A stretch of 64,000 nucleotides of DNA from Pseudomonadota bacterium (GCA_021835845.1 JAKBJU010000011.1:3528-67527), one strand, 5' to 3'; shown: positions 1 through 11,213, counted from the first letter of the stretch. Notes: generated by a model from the letters alone, not told the origin. Numbers and translations: made by a program.

Positions 1-1
1 C

Positions 2-1099
2 ATCGTCAAGAACATCACCGACTACGGCGCATTCGTCGACCTGGGCGGGATCGACGGCCTGCTGCACATCACCGACCTGGCATGGCGCAGGGTCAAGCAC
101 CCCTCCGAAGTGCTGGCCGTCGGCGACGAAGTCGAAGCCAAGATCCTCAAGTTCGACAAGGAAAAGAACCGCGTCTCCCTCGGCCTCAAGCAGCTGGGCG
201 ACGATCCCTGGGTCGGCCTTTCCCGCCGCTACCCGACGGGAACCCGTCTTTTCGGCAAGGTCAGCAACCTCACCGACTACGGCGCGTTCGTGGAGATCGA
301 GCCCGGCATCGAGGGCCTGGTGCATGTTTCCGAAATGGACTGGACCAACAAGAACGTTCATCCTTCCAAGGTCGTCCAGCTGGGCGACGAAGTCGAGGTG
401 ATGATCCTCGAAATCGACGAAGAGCGCCGCAGGATTTCGCTCGGCATGAAGCAGTGCATGCCCAATCCCTGGGATGAATTCGAATCTTCCCACCAGAAGG
501 GCGACCGCGTGCGCGGCCAGATCAAGTCGATCACGGATTTCGGCGTGTTCATCGGCCTTCCCGGCGGGATAGACGGCCTCGTCCACCTCTCCGACCTTTC
601 CTGGACGTTGCCCGGAGAGGAAGCCGTGCGCAACTACAAGAAGGGCGACGAACTCGAAGCCATCGTGCTCTCCATCGACACCGAAAGGGAGCGCATTTCT
701 CTGGGCGTCAAGCAGGCCGAAGGCGACCCCTTCAATGCCTTCGTTGCAACCAACGACAAGAACAGCATCGTGACCGGCACGGTCAAGTCCATCGACCCCA
801 AGGGAGCGGTCATCGATCTCGGTGACGACATCACGGGTTACCTGCGCGCCTCCGAAGTCGCGCGCGACAAGGTCGACGACATCCGCAACCACCTCAAGGA
901 AGGGGACAGCGTCGAAGCGGTGATTCTCAATGTCGACCGCAAGAACCGCACCATCAACCTTTCGATCAAGGCCAAGGACCAGATCGAGGAATCTGCCGCA
1001 ATGCAGAAGATCTCGACCGAAAACACCGGGAATGCGGGCACGACCAGCCTCGGTGCGCTGCTCAAGGCCAAGCTCGATGTCAAGAAAAACGAACAATAA
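2..1099 (+). CDS. rpsA: 30S ribosomal protein S1 (5'-truncated by window edge)
   Basis: Frame open from position 2 ([22 protein letters not shown]...); repeated S1 motifs ([16 protein letters not shown]); followed by ihfB. Confidence 0.98.
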   Translation: MVKNITDYGAFVDLGGIDGLLHITDLAWRRVKHPSEVLAVGDEVEAKILKFDKEKNRVSLGLKQLGDDPWVGLSRRYPTGTRLFGKVSNLTDYGAFVEIEPGIEGLVHVSEMDWTNKNVHPSKVVQLGDEVEVMILEIDEERRRISLGMKQCMPNPWDEFESSHQKGDRVRGQIKSITDFGVFIGLPGGIDGLVHLSDLSWTLPGEEAVRNYKKGDELEAIVLSIDTERERISLGVKQAEGDPFNAFVATNDKNSIVTGTVKSIDPKGAVIDLGDDITGYLRASEVARDKVDDIRNHLKEGDSVEAVILNVDRKNRTINLSIKAKDQIEESAAMQKISTENTGNAGTTSLGALLKAKLDVKKNEQ

Positions 1100-1108
1100 G
1101 GATTTGCC

Positions 1109-1393
1109 ATGACGAAGTCCGATCTGATCAACAGACTTGCCGAAAAACACAACCAGCTCCCGGTCAAGGATGCGGAAATGGCTGTCAAGATGGTGCTGGA
1201 CGAGATGGCTTCCAGCCTCGCACAAGGGCAAAGGATAGAGATCAGAGGCTTCGGCAGCTTCAGCCTGAACCACCGTCCCGCCAGGATGGGAAGGAACCCG
1301 AAGTCCGGGGAAAAAGTCATGGTTCCCGAAAAATACGTCCCTCATTTCAAGGCAGGAAAAGAGCTGAGGGAGCGGGTGGACGGCAAGAAATAG
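1109..1393 (+). CDS. ihfB: Integration host factor beta subunit
   Basis: MTKSDLI...[10 protein letters not shown]...GRNPKSGE...[13 protein letters not shown]; rpsA-ihfB synteny. Confidence 0.97.
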   Translation: MTKSDLINRLAEKHNQLPVKDAEMAVKMVLDEMASSLAQGQRIEIRGFGSFSLNHRPARMGRNPKSGEKVMVPEKYVPHFKAGKELRERVDGKK

Positions 1394-1424
1394 CCAGACA
1401 ATCCCCTGTATCGGTTAAAATGAT

Positions 1425-1457
1425 GGCGGCATGTCGAAAGATGGTGCCGCCTTTTTT
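1425..1457 (+). terminator. Intrinsic terminator-like hairpin after ihfB
   Basis: GGCGGCAT-GTC-GAAA-GAT-G-GTGCCGCC stem with GAAA loop followed by T6. Confidence 0.65.
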
Positions 1458-1472
1458 AATTTTGGGCTACCC

Positions 1473-1721
1473 ATGCGTTACCTTCTCTGGATTGCTAGAC
1501 TGTCGCTGTTCCTGCTTCTCTTCGGCTTCGCGCTGAAAAATGACGAGCCGGTCATGCTGCACTATTACCTGGGATATGCATGGCATGCCCCGCTCTCGCT
1601 GATCCTGCTCGCTTTCTTCGCCCTGGGCACCGGAATCGGCCTGGTGGCCGGGCTCGCCACGATATTCAGGCAGAGGCGGGAAATCGCACGGCTCAAGCAG
1701 CAGGGCGAAATCAAGGGTTAG
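1473..1721 (+). CDS. lapA: Lipopolysaccharide assembly protein A
   Basis: Two hydrophobic segments, FALKN...PLSLILL pattern; between ihfB and lapB; start chosen at ATG 1473. Confidence 0.85.
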   Translation: MRYLLWIARLSLFLLLFGFALKNDEPVMLHYYLGYAWHAPLSLILLAFFALGTGIGLVAGLATIFRQRREIARLKQQGEIKG

Positions 1722-1722
1722 C

Positions 1723-2892
1723 ATGGAAATCCAGTTATGGTGGCTTCTCGCCCTCCCCCTCTTTTTCAGTCTGGGATGGATGGCGGCCAGGATAGATCTC
1801 AAGCATCTCCTCTCGGAATCGCGCGCACTCCCCCAGTCCTATTTCAGGGGACTGAATTTTCTCATGAACGAGCAGCCCGACAAGGCGATCGAGGCTTTCG
1901 TCGATGTGATCAAGGTCGAGCCCCAGACGATAGAACTGCATTTCGCCCTGGGCAGTCTCTTCCGCAGGCGCGGCGAAGTCACCCGGGCGATCAGGATGCA
2001 CCAGTCGCTCCTGGAGCGCGAAGATCTCGATCAGGAAAGGAAGCTGTACACGCTCCACGAGATCGCCCAGGACTACCTCAAGGCGGGGCTGCTCGACCGC
2101 GCAGAAGAATCCTTCGTCAAGCTGGAGGGAACCGCCTATGCGGAATCCGCCCTCAAGTTCCTGCTCGAAATCTACGAGCAGGAAAAGGACTGGCTGAAGG
2201 CAGTCGACACGGCAAAGCAGCTCGCCAGGCTTTCCGGACAATCCTACCAGAAGGAAATCGCCAACTTTTATTGCGAACTCGCCTCCCACGAAATGATGAA
2301 TTCGAATATCGAGGAAGCGAGAATCCATCTTGAAGATGCATTGAGCGTCCACAGGCGCTGCGTCAGATCGAATGTGCTGCTCGGCGAACTGGAAGCCAAT
2401 CAGGGCCGCTTCATGGATGCGATCAATGCGTGGCAGCGCATCGAATCGCAAAGCCCCGACCACCTCTCCCTGGTTTCCGGAAAAATGCTGGATGCCTTTG
2501 CCAGGCTCGACAGATTCGATGAGGGATTGCATCTCCTGAAAGGCTATCTTTCCAGCTATCCTTCGGTGGAATTGCTGAATGTCGTTTTCGATGCCGAACT
2601 GAAGTCGAACGGGGTGGAGTCTGCCTATCATCTGGTGCGGGACGAACTGAGGAAGCACCCGACACTGATCGGGCTGGACAGGCTGCTGGAAGCCCAGCTC
2701 ATGGAAGCACCGATGGAGCGCAGGAAGGATCTCGAACTCGTCAAGAATCTGGTGCACCAGCATGCACAGAATCTCGCCCAGTACCGCTGCGACTCATGCG
2801 GGTTCAATGCCAGGCAATTCTACTGGCATTGCCCCGCCTGCGGCGGATGGGAAACCTTCCCGCCCAAGCAATCTGAAGAACGCGAAAAATGA
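1723..2892 (+). CDS. lapB: Lipopolysaccharide assembly protein B
   Basis: N-terminal [20 protein letters not shown] repeats, C-terminal rubredoxin-like CDSCG...CPACG. Confidence 0.96.
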   Translation: MEIQLWWLLALPLFFSLGWMAARIDLKHLLSESRALPQSYFRGLNFLMNEQPDKAIEAFVDVIKVEPQTIELHFALGSLFRRRGEVTRAIRMHQSLLEREDLDQERKLYTLHEIAQDYLKAGLLDRAEESFVKLEGTAYAESALKFLLEIYEQEKDWLKAVDTAKQLARLSGQSYQKEIANFYCELASHEMMNSNIEEARIHLEDALSVHRRCVRSNVLLGELEANQGRFMDAINAWQRIESQSPDHLSLVSGKMLDAFARLDRFDEGLHLLKGYLSSYPSVELLNVVFDAELKSNGVESAYHLVRDELRKHPTLIGLDRLLEAQLMEAPMERRKDLELVKNLVHQHAQNLAQYRCDSCGFNARQFYWHCPACGGWETFPPKQSEEREK

Positions 2893-3572
2893 ATTCACCC
2901 CTCATCATAGCCCTGGATTTCCCCGAAGCGGATCAGGCGATCCGCTTCTCCAACAAGCTCGACCCTGCCCTTTGCAGGGTGAAAGTCGGCAAGGAGCTTT
3001 TCACCCAGGCGGGCCCGGGGCTTGTCGAAACGTTGATGATCAAGGGTTTCGAGATATTCCTCGACCTGAAATTCCACGACATCCCGAACACCGTGGCAGC
3101 CGCCTGCAGGGCCGCGGCGAGCCTCGGCGTATGGATGGTCAATGTCCACGCCATGGGGGGATCCGCAATGATGAAGGCGGCACGGGAAGCCATGGATGGC
3201 TCATCGTGCAAGCTGATCGCAGTCACCCTGCTCACCAGCATGGGGCCGGAAGATCTCAGGGAAATCGGCCTCATGGGCGAACCGCTCGACGTCGTCGACC
3301 GGCTCGCAGCGCTCGCCAGATCCTGCCATCTGGACGGCGTGGTATGCTCCGCGATGGAAGCTGCGATGCTCAGAACAAAATTCGGCAAGGATTTCTGCCT
3401 CGTCACGCCCGGAATCAGGCCAGCCGGGGCCTCTCAGGGGGACCAGAAGCGGATCATGACGCCGAAGCAGGCCATCGCCAGCGGATCGGATTATCTCGTC
3501 ATAGGCAGACCGATCAGGGAAGCGCCAGATCCTTCCCGAGCGCTGCAGGCGATACTGGAGGAAATCGCATGA
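2889..3572 (+). CDS. pyrF: Orotidine-5'-phosphate decarboxylase
   Basis: [34 protein letters not shown] motifs. Confidence 0.97.
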   Translation: MNSPLIIALDFPEADQAIRFSNKLDPALCRVKVGKELFTQAGPGLVETLMIKGFEIFLDLKFHDIPNTVAAACRAAASLGVWMVNVHAMGGSAMMKAAREAMDGSSCKLIAVTLLTSMGPEDLREIGLMGEPLDVVDRLAALARSCHLDGVVCSAMEAAMLRTKFGKDFCLVTPGIRPAGASQGDQKRIMTPKQAIASGSDYLVIGRPIREAPDPSRALQAILEEIA

Positions 3573-4501
3573 AGGTCCCTTCCTTTTCTTCGGCCAGGGT
3601 GCTCATCGTCGGAGACGTCATGCTGGACCGTTACTGGTTCGGAGATGTCGAACGCATTTCCCCAGAAGCGCCCGTTCCCGTCATCAAGGTGGGGCGCATC
3701 GAAGACCGCACGGGAGGCGCGGCGAACGTTGCACGCAACGTCGCCTCTCTCGGCGCAAAGGCCACGCTGCTTTCCGTAGTCGGCGATGACGAAGCGGGAA
3801 GCAGCCTGGAAGCCCTGCTCAGAAATGAAGGCGTGAATGCCCTCCTGCACCGGGACAAGAGCATTTCGACCACGGTCAAGCTGCGCGCGATTGCAAGGCA
3901 TCAGCAGCTCCTGAGAATCGATTTCGAAACCCAGCCGAGCTTCGAAATCCTGGAGTCAGTTCTCGCCGACTTCATTTCCGAAATCCACCGGACGGATGTC
4001 GTCATCCTCTCCGATTACGGAAAGGGCGGACTCGGGCATATCGAAAAAATGATCAAAATCGCAAGGGAAGCGAAGAAACCCATCCTGGTCGACCCCAAGG
4101 GAGAGGATTATTCCAGGTACCGCGGGGCCACCCTGATCACGCCAAATCGCAGCGAATTCAGGCAGGTCGCAGGAAGCTGGAAAAGCGAGGAAGAACTCGA
4201 GAAAAAGGCCCAGAATCTCAGGAAGGAACTGGAACTGGATGCCCTGCTCGTGACAAGAAGCGAGGATGGAATGAGCCTTTACCGGGAGGAAGGGGTGCTG
4301 CACGAAGGCGTGAAGGCACGGGAAGTCTATGACGTCAGCGGCGCGGGAGATACCGTGATCGCGACATTCGGCGCCATGCTCGCGACAGGCAGCCCTTTCG
4401 AGGATTCGATGAGGATGGCGAACAGGGCGGCAGGCATCGTGGTGGGCAAGCTCGGCACGGCGGTTGCGACACCGCAGGAACTGGAAATTCAGGAGAAATA
4501 A
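3569..4501 (+). CDS. rfaE1: D-glycero-beta-D-manno-heptose-7-phosphate kinase (RfaE domain I / HldA)
   Basis: GDVMLDRY..G...[33 protein letters not shown]; start ATG 3569 overlaps pyrF stop. Confidence 0.95.
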   Translation: MKVPSFSSARVLIVGDVMLDRYWFGDVERISPEAPVPVIKVGRIEDRTGGAANVARNVASLGAKATLLSVVGDDEAGSSLEALLRNEGVNALLHRDKSISTTVKLRAIARHQQLLRIDFETQPSFEILESVLADFISEIHRTDVVILSDYGKGGLGHIEKMIKIAREAKKPILVDPKGEDYSRYRGATLITPNRSEFRQVAGSWKSEEELEKKAQNLRKELELDALLVTRSEDGMSLYREEGVLHEGVKAREVYDVSGAGDTVIATFGAMLATGSPFEDSMRMANRAAGIVVGKLGTAVATPQELEIQEK

Positions 4502-5487
4502 TGGTCTATATCGTGACAGGCGCAGCAGGCTTTATCGGATCGAATATCGTGAAAGGGCTCAACGAGCGCGGCATCAGCGACATCATCGCCGTGGACAACC
4601 TGAAGAGTGCCGCGAAATTCAAGAATCTGACCGACTGCGAAATCTCGGACTATTTCGACAAGTCGGAATTCCTCGAAAGGCTCCCGAGTCTGGGAAAAAT
4701 AGCCGCCGTCCTGCATCAGGGCGCCTGCTCGGACACGATGGAATCCGACGGGCGCTACATGATGGAGAACAATTACCGCTATTCGCTCGCCCTGCTCGAA
4801 TATTGCCAGAGCCGGGCCACTCCCTTCATTTACGCCTCCTCCGCATCAGTCTACGGCGCCGGCAGCGTATTCAGGGAATCGAGGGAACATGAAGCGCCGC
4901 TCAACGTCTACGGCTACTCGAAATTTCTTTTCGATCAGGTGGTGCGCAGAAGGCTGCCCAAGAAAACCGCCCAGATCGCCGGCTTCCGCTATTTCAACGT
5001 GTACGGACAGCGGGAAACGCACAAGGGCAGGATGGCTTCTGTCGCATTCCATTTCTACAACCAGTTCCGGGCCAGCGGATGCGTCAAGCTTTTCGAAGGC
5101 TCGGCAGGATATGGCAACGGCGAACAGCGCCGCGATTTCGTTTCGGTCGAGGACGTGGTCAAGGTCAATCTGCATTTTCTCGGCCATCCCGAAACTTCAG
5201 GCATCTACAATGTGGGAACCGGGGCTTCCGAACCTTTCAACGCCGTTGCCGTGGCGACGGTCAATGCCTGCCTCGCGCACGAAGGAAAAAGCGCGCTGAG
5301 CCTCAACGAGATGAAGGCAAGGGGCATGATCCAGTACATTCCCTTTCCCGAAGGGCTGAAGGGCCAGTACCAGAGCTATACCGAGGCGAATATCGATGCA
5401 TTGCGCGGGACGGGCTATGACCAACCCTTTCTGACGGTCGAGCAGGGCGTCTCGCGCTACATCGACCATCTCGTCAGGGCTGGATGA
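4501..5487 (+). CDS. rfaD: ADP-L-glycero-D-manno-heptose 6-epimerase
   Basis: [52 protein letters not shown]. Confidence 0.97.
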   Translation: MVYIVTGAAGFIGSNIVKGLNERGISDIIAVDNLKSAAKFKNLTDCEISDYFDKSEFLERLPSLGKIAAVLHQGACSDTMESDGRYMMENNYRYSLALLEYCQSRATPFIYASSASVYGAGSVFRESREHEAPLNVYGYSKFLFDQVVRRRLPKKTAQIAGFRYFNVYGQRETHKGRMASVAFHFYNQFRASGCVKLFEGSAGYGNGEQRRDFVSVEDVVKVNLHFLGHPETSGIYNVGTGASEPFNAVAVATVNACLAHEGKSALSLNEMKARGMIQYIPFPEGLKGQYQSYTEANIDALRGTGYDQPFLTVEQGVSRYIDHLVRAG

Positions 5488-6610
5488 CCACCCGCGCGAA
5501 CCCGCCGCCTTCCGTCCTGAAATTGGTCGTCTGCCCCTGGTAGAGCCTTGCCGCCAGGAGCTGGACCCGGCCCTCGTAGGCGAAATTGCGGTAATCGTAC
5601 TTCAGGACGCGCCCTTCGGTATCGAGTTCCATGGCCGGAACGTATTCCTGGCAGACGTAATCGCCTGCCAGGATCTCGCCCCATACCCTCCTGGTCAGCT
5701 TGTCCCCCCTGTAGACAGCCCTCGCCCCGTATCCCGCACCTGGCTTGAAAAAGAGACTGCGCCTTTTGGCCCAGAGTGCTTCCGGATCGGATTCCTTCAC
5801 GATCCTCGTTTTCGCGATGCCGCCCAGCAGCAATGCCGCGGTTTCTTCGTCGACGCCGATCGACTCCAGAGCGCTCCGATCGGTCAGAACGGAAAGATTG
5901 CGCTTGTCGGCGAAAAGCGCATGGGCTCTCGGGTGGGGCGTGAGAACAACGGCATCCGCAAGATAAGCCTGCCTCAGCGCCAAATGAGAATCCGCTTCAA
6001 GGGAAAAGTCGGTCAGCCTGTTGTAGACGAGATCGACCTGCCTGTCCCCATGGAAAAGACGGCCTCCCCTGAATTCCAGATCTCTGGCATCGACAATGGA
6101 CGCGGATATTCCATGGTTCCGGAACAGTTTCTTGAACAGGCAGAATTCCGGATAAAGGAACTGGGATGCGCAATCGTCGTCGACGATCGCGATATATCGC
6201 AGTTCGCTCCCTCCCCGCCTGAGCCGCCACTCCGCCATGAACATGTCATGGAAGGTCTTTTCGGCATCCGTGGATTCGCCCCATGCCTTCGCGAGCAGGA
6301 CATTGAGATAGGCCCCGCCCGCATTGGTGTTGATCTCTATCAGCCTGGGGCCGTCATCTCCGATATGGAAATCGTAGCCGAAGAAAACTCCCGGGGTGCC
6401 CGGGTCGAACCGGGCGATGGAGGGCGCCCATCCCAGGACTTTCTCCCGATAGGCATCGAGCATGACAGCGCGCTCGATGCCCCTGATAATTTCGGCCATG
6501 CGCACGGCATGCGCTTGCGACACCGCAACCCTGAAGGGGGAAAACATGTTGCCGGGAAAGGCGACGCCTTCGGATTCGCATTCGCCCCTGATTTTCCCGA
6601 AATCGGGCAT
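5474..6610 (-). CDS. Circularly permuted ATP-grasp-like (glutathionylspermidine synthase-like) protein
   Basis: GYDFH...[34 protein letters not shown]...[23 protein letters not shown]; ATG overlaps upstream TGA (TGATG). Confidence 0.7.
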   Translation of the reverse strand: MPDFGKIRGECESEGVAFPGNMFSPFRVAVSQAHAVRMAEIIRGIERAVMLDAYREKVLGWAPSIARFDPGTPGVFFGYDFHIGDDGPRLIEINTNAGGAYLNVLLAKAWGESTDAEKTFHDMFMAEWRLRRGGSELRYIAIVDDDCASQFLYPEFCLFKKLFRNHGISASIVDARDLEFRGGRLFHGDRQVDLVYNRLTDFSLEADSHLALRQAYLADAVVLTPHPRAHALFADKRNLSVLTDRSALESIGVDEETAALLLGGIAKTRIVKESDPEALWAKRRSLFFKPGAGYGARAVYRGDKLTRRVWGEILAGDYVCQEYVPAMELDTEGRVLKYDYRNFAYEGRVQLLAARLYQGQTTNFRTEGGGFARVVIQP

Positions 6611-6954
6611 CAAGCTGCCAGCCATTCCTCCGCCTGATGCAGATCGTGGAAGACCTTGATTTCGGCGTCCGCGAACATGTTGGAAAGCCAGGCCAGGGAG
6701 CCTATCCAACCGCTTCCGGTCAGGACCGCGATCTTTTTGAAGGCATAGGGATGCGCTCTGCCGAACTTGATTTCTTCCCAGACCATGTCGATGGTGTATT
6801 GGATCATTTCGGTGAGATCGAGGAGCAGATTGACCTGCCCCTTGAATTCGAGCCGATAATTGACCGCATCCTCGAATTCCCTGAAGTCGGCAAGCGTGAA
6901 TTCGCCGAATATGGTCGCGCAAAGGCGCTTCTCGTTGTGTTCCGTCGTGATCAT
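6610..6954 (-). CDS. SpoIIAA-like (STAS/SEC14) domain protein
   Basis: 114 aa, NLLLDL...WEEIKF...FKKIAVL...W...EIKVF....AEEWL pattern; overlaps rlmB stop. Confidence 0.8.
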   Translation of the reverse strand: MITTEHNEKRLCATIFGEFTLADFREFEDAVNYRLEFKGQVNLLLDLTEMIQYTIDMVWEEIKFGRAHPYAFKKIAVLTGSGWIGSLAWLSNMFADAEIKVFHDLHQAEEWLAA

Positions 6955-7691
6955 TTCTTTTCCTTCGCTAAACGCCGCTGACGGCAGGTTTCGAACATCA
7001 GTATGCCGCTCGTCACGGAAAGGTTGAGGCTCTCCACCATCCCTTCCATGGGTATCCTGACCAGCCTGTCGCAATTTTCCCGGGTAAGCCGCCTCATCCC
7101 GGTCCCTTCCGCGCCGAGCACCCAGGCAATCGGGCCATCGAGATGCGTCTCGAAAATGTCCGTTTCCCCGTCTTCGGCCGTTCCGATGATTTCCACCCCG
7201 GCTTCCTTCATCTGGCGCAAGGCCCTGGCCAGATTGGTCACGGTGACGAAAGGCACCGTTTCCGCTGCCCCGCTCGCCACCTTGGCCGCGGTTGCGTTGA
7301 GTCCGACTGCGCGATCCTTGGGCGCTATGATGGCATCCACGCCGAAAGCATCGGCAACCCTCAGACATGCGCCGAGATTGTGCGGATCCTGTATCCCGTC
7401 GAGGACGAGCAGCAAGGCGTCATTTTCCAGGGTGTCGAGCAGGTCGTCGAGCGCAAGATATTTTCTCGAGGCATCGACCTTAGCAACCACCCCCTGATGC
7501 CTGCCGCTGCCGATCATGCCGTCCAGCCTTGCGGAATCAAGGTAGTTCACTTTGATTTTATGCTGTTCCAGAAGCGATGCAAGCTGCCTGGCGCGGGGGT
7601 CCCGCCGGGTGGAATCGAGATAGACTTCGAGCACGCTTTGCGGATTCTGCCTGATCCTGGAGGACACCGCATGAAAACCGAACAAAAACAT
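6951..7691 (-). CDS. rlmB: 23S rRNA Gm2251 2'-O-methyltransferase
   Basis: GFHAV, HQGVVA, LDGIQDPHNLGA, GAEGTGMR, IPM.G.VESLNLSV SpoU motifs; follows rnr. Confidence 0.96.
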   Translation of the reverse strand: MFLFGFHAVSSRIRQNPQSVLEVYLDSTRRDPRARQLASLLEQHKIKVNYLDSARLDGMIGSGRHQGVVAKVDASRKYLALDDLLDTLENDALLLVLDGIQDPHNLGACLRVADAFGVDAIIAPKDRAVGLNATAAKVASGAAETVPFVTVTNLARALRQMKEAGVEIIGTAEDGETDIFETHLDGPIAWVLGAEGTGMRRLTRENCDRLVRIPMEGMVESLNLSVTSGILMFETCRQRRLAKEKK

Positions 7692-9880
7692 TATTTCTTC
7701 TTGCCGGCCTTCTTGATCTGGGCAGGCTCGCCGTCGATGACGAAATCGATCTTGCTGGTTTCAAGATCCACTCTGGCCACCCTGATCCCTATCCTGTCGC
7801 CGAGCCTGAAGCGCTTCGCGGTGCGCTCGCCCACGATCTGGTGCAGCGCCTGATCGAAGTGGAAATAGTCGCTGCCGAGTTCCGAAATGTGCACCAGCCC
7901 TTCGACATAAACGTCGTCCAGGGCGACGAACAGGCCGAATCCGGTGACCCCGCTGATCGTCCCCTCGAAGCTCTCGCCGACCTTGTCCACCATCCAGTAG
8001 CATTTCAGCCAGGACTCCACGTCCCGAGTCGCTTCGTCGGCGCGGCGCTCGGTTGCCGAACAATGCGCGCCGAGTTCCTGCCAGTTGCCCGGATTGTAAT
8101 TCTTGCCCTCCAGAACCGCCTTGATCGCCCGATGGATCAGAAGGTCGGGATAACGCCTGATGGGGGAAGTGAAATGCGTATAGGATTCGTATGCGAGACC
8201 GAAATGACCGGCATTCTCCGGGCTGTAGACGGCCTGCTGCAGGGAACGCAGCATCACTGTCTGCAGCAGCTGCGCATCCGGCCTGTCCTTGATTTTGGCG
8301 AGGAGCGCGGCATAATCCTTGGCATGAGGCTCGTCTCCCCCCTTGAGATCGAGCCCGAACTCCTTCAGGAAATTGCGCAGATTGATCAGCTTCTCCGGGG
8401 TCGGCCCCTCGTGGATGCGGTAAAGCGCAGCCTGCTGGTGCTTCTTCAGGAATTCCGAAGCACAAACGTTCGCTGCGAGCATGCATTCCTCGATGAGGCG
8501 ATGCGCATCGTTTCTCACCACGGGAACGATCTTGTCGATTTTCCCCTGATCGTTGAAAACCATCTGGGTTTCAATGGTCTCGAAATCGATCGCCCCGCGC
8601 TTCTGTCTCGCTTTCGCCAGCACACCGTATAGGGTATAAAGCAGCTGGATGTTCGGAAGCAGCCCGGCGTGCTCTCCCGCGGCTTCGGGATCTTCCAGCA
8701 TGGCCGCCACCTTGGTGTAGGTGAGCCGCGCATGGGAATGCATGACCGCCTGATAGAAACGGTAGGACTGGAATTCCCCGTGGGCATCGAGCTCCATTTC
8801 GCACACCATGCAGAGCCTGTCGACCCCCGGATTGATCGAGCAAAGCTCGTTGGAAAGCGCCTCCGGCAGCATCGGGATGACCCGTCTCGGGAAATAGACC
8901 GAATTGCCGCGCTTCAATGCCTCGACATCGAGCGCCCCCTTGGCCTTCACGTAATGGCTGACGTCGGCAATGGCGACATACAGCCTGAACCCCTTGTCGT
9001 TCTTCTCGCAATAAACCGCATCGTCGAAATCCCTTGCCGTTTCTCCGTCTATCGTCACGAGCGGCAGATGGCGGATGTCCACCCGGCCCTCCAGCTCGCC
9101 CTTTCCGACTTTCTTGGGAAACTTGTTGGCAGCCTTCTCGACCTCCACAGGAAAGACATGGGGCAGATCGTGCTTTCTCAACGCGATCTCGATTTCCATG
9201 CCTGGATCGGCATAATTGCCCAGTATCTCGACGACACGCCCTATCGGCTGCATGCGCTTGGAAGGCTGTTCGATGATCTCGATCATCACCACCTGCCCGG
9301 GCTGCGCTCCCATGTGCTCCCCGGGAGGGACGAGGATGTCCTGGTTGATGCGGCGATTCTCCGCCACCACGAAAAGCACGGAATGCTCGACGTAGAGGCG
9401 CCCGACGAGGCAGGTATTGGCGCGTTCCAGCACTTCCACGATGCTCGCCTCGCGGCGCCCTCGCCTGTCCATGCCGATCTCGCGCGCCATGACGCGGTCG
9501 CCGTGAAAAACCTTGTGCATTTCCTTGGGGCCGAGAAAAAGATCGCTGCTGCCATCGTCCGGCACCAGGAAGCCGAATCCGTCCGGATGCCCCTGAACCA
9601 CGCCCTTGACGAGGTCGAGCTTTTCGACGACGCAGATCGCCCCCTTCCTGTTCCTCATGATCTGCCCGTCGCGCTCCATCGCACGCAGCCTGTGGCTGAA
9701 AGAATCGGCCTCGTGCTCCTCGATGTCCAGCGCCTCGGAAAGCTTGTCTATCGAAACGGGAACGCCGAACCCGGCAAGCGTATCGAGTATGAATTCCCTG
9801 CTGGGAAGGGGATGGGGATATTTCTCCCTTTCCCGCTCGAGGAAAGGGTCGTTCAGTCTGACTGTGGTTTTCTTATTCAT
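7691..9880 (-). CDS. rnr: Ribonuclease R
   Basis: GHPDGFGF cold-shock domain, TIDGETARDFDDA, YTHFTSPIRRYPDL, C-terminal S1 domain; alternative TTG start at 9886. Confidence 0.98.
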   Translation of the reverse strand: MNKKTTVRLNDPFLEREREKYPHPLPSREFILDTLAGFGVPVSIDKLSEALDIEEHEADSFSHRLRAMERDGQIMRNRKGAICVVEKLDLVKGVVQGHPDGFGFLVPDDGSSDLFLGPKEMHKVFHGDRVMAREIGMDRRGRREASIVEVLERANTCLVGRLYVEHSVLFVVAENRRINQDILVPPGEHMGAQPGQVVMIEIIEQPSKRMQPIGRVVEILGNYADPGMEIEIALRKHDLPHVFPVEVEKAANKFPKKVGKGELEGRVDIRHLPLVTIDGETARDFDDAVYCEKNDKGFRLYVAIADVSHYVKAKGALDVEALKRGNSVYFPRRVIPMLPEALSNELCSINPGVDRLCMVCEMELDAHGEFQSYRFYQAVMHSHARLTYTKVAAMLEDPEAAGEHAGLLPNIQLLYTLYGVLAKARQKRGAIDFETIETQMVFNDQGKIDKIVPVVRNDAHRLIEECMLAANVCASEFLKKHQQAALYRIHEGPTPEKLINLRNFLKEFGLDLKGGDEPHAKDYAALLAKIKDRPDAQLLQTVMLRSLQQAVYSPENAGHFGLAYESYTHFTSPIRRYPDLLIHRAIKAVLEGKNYNPGNWQELGAHCSATERRADEATRDVESWLKCYWMVDKVGESFEGTISGVTGFGLFVALDDVYVEGLVHISELGSDYFHFDQALHQIVGERTAKRFRLGDRIGIRVARVDLETSKIDFVIDGEPAQIKKAGKKK

Positions 9881-9907
9881 TGACAAAAAATTAAAATCCT
9901 ATAAAAT
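9880..9907 (+). promoter_or_regulatory. sigma70 promoter for tRNA-Leu
   Basis: TTGACA (9880-9885), 16-nt spacer, TAAAAT (9902-9907), 26 nt upstream of the tRNA. Confidence 0.7.
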
Positions 9908-9933
9908 TCGGAACTTCCGTTGCGAACGGAAAT

Positions 9934-10018
9934 GCCCAGATGGCGGAATTGGTAGACGCGCACGGTTCAGGTCCGTGTGCCGCAAGGTGTGGAGGTTCGA
10001 GTCCTCTTCTGGGCACCA
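9934..10018 (+). tRNA. trnL: tRNA-Leu(CAG)
   Basis: GCCCAGA/TCTGGGC acceptor stem, D loop GGAATTGGTAGAC, anticodon arm CACGG-TTCAGGT-CCGTG, long variable arm, GTTCGAGTC T loop, encoded CCA; 85 nt. Confidence 0.97.
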
Positions 10019-10127
10019 CGAATACCGAAGCAACCCCATAAATAGCCGACAAATTACTGATTTGTTGGCTTTTTTATTTCCGCATTCTTCCTTGATATAC
10101 CCTGTAATTCCCCCATTTTGTGCTATG

Positions 10128-10159
10128 TTTACACCATATTTACACCAGGATTTACACCA
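10128..10159 (+). repeat. Three direct TTTACACCA repeats (integrase arm-type site candidates)
   Basis: TTTACACCA at 10128, 10139 and 10151, directly before the integrase ATG. Confidence 0.7.
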
Positions 10160-10566
10160 TGGGATCATTGGAGAAACGAAGCCTCGCCTGGTGGGCCGAT
10201 GCCGCCAAAAAGGGAATCCGGAAAACTGCAACGTTCGACTCAAAGCTGGAGGCTCTAACGTGGATCGAGAATGAGGAAAAACGAATTGTATCAGGTAAAT
10301 CGATCATTGCGGGAAAGACCTTCGGCGATCTGCTCGACAAGTACGCCGAAGAGGTATCCTCGACCAAACGCGGAAAGCGCTGGGAGGAAATCAGAATCGA
10401 ACTCGTCAAGCGCCACAAGATCGCCTCCATTCCGCTGGAATCGTTCGGCAGCACGGACGTCTCCCAGTGGCGCAACGTGCTGGAGCTTGCCAGGATGGTC
10501 GGCCATCAGGACCTCAGGCTCTACTACAACGAGACCGCAGAAGAGCTCGCCAGACGCCTGGATTGA
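10159..10566 (+). pseudogene. Tyrosine recombinase/integrase with large in-frame internal deletion
   Basis: Integrase-like N-terminus (ATFDSKLEA..W, TFGDLLDKYAEEVS..KRG..WE..RI) joined directly to box II-like C-terminus (LARMVGHQDLR.YYN); only 135 aa, RHR core missing. Confidence 0.8.
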
Positions 10567-10643
10567 ACGATGCGAAAACTGTTCACCGCTCCAATCCTTG
10601 CAATGCCCCGAATTCCGTATAGAAAGAAATTCAGGGAGGGCAA

Positions 10644-10856
10644 ATGGGGCTCGTCGATTGCGAAGAATGCGGAAGGCAGATCGCCTCGAATGCGAGGGTG
10701 TGCCCCTATTGCGGCCGGAAGCGCACCCATCCCTTCGTCATGGGCTGCGCGGTGTTCCTGGTCGGAATGCTGCTCCTCATTATTTATGCCGCTTCCGTCA
10801 GTCATGCCAAAGTCGCAATGGACGGGAACCGCATTCATCCAGGCATTGAAAAATAG
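10644..10856 (+). CDS. Small zinc-ribbon membrane protein
   Basis: CEECG...CPYCG followed by one TM helix; GGGAGGG RBS upstream. Confidence 0.65.
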   Translation: MGLVDCEECGRQIASNARVCPYCGRKRTHPFVMGCAVFLVGMLLLIIYAASVSHAKVAMDGNRIHPGIEK

Positions 10857-10928
10857 TACTCCGGTAGATTTGTTCCTCAAAATATCTCCGAAGTAGTACC
10901 GGAACGATCTGCCGATCGCACGCGCCCG

Positions 10929-11213
10929 CTAGGATTCCCTCGGCGGCCACTGTCTCGCGGCATGAAGCAGGCGCAAGATGCGCACCATTTCGATTGTGGT
11001 GTCGTAGATCAGGATGTAGTTCAGGTGCACCACCAGCTCGCGGGTGCCTTCGACCCGACCCGGGCGTCCAAGGGCTGGATAATCGATCAGATGGGCTGCC
11101 TTCTCAGAAAACAGTTCGTCGAGGGCAAGGGCGGCAGCCGGGTTGTCCCGTGCGACATATTCACGGATCGCCTTGCGGTCCCTTGCCGCCAGCCCTGTCC
11201 AGACCAGCCTCAC
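10929..11213 (-). CDS. RelE/ParE-family type II toxin
   Basis: RLVWT..A..DR.AI.EY.A.DNP.AA..LD...GRPGRV.GTRELV...YILIY...[10 protein letters not shown]; GTG overlaps antitoxin TGA. Confidence 0.9.
   Translation of the reverse strand: MRLVWTGLAARDRKAIREYVARDNPAAALALDELFSEKAAHLIDYPALGRPGRVEGTRELVVHLNYILIYDTTIEMVRILRLLHAARQWPPRES

Noticed and set aside
2762-3568. N-terminal extension of the 579-aa ORF 2762-4501
   Set aside because: Overlaps lapB and pyrF in another frame; heptose kinase homology starts at ATG 3569
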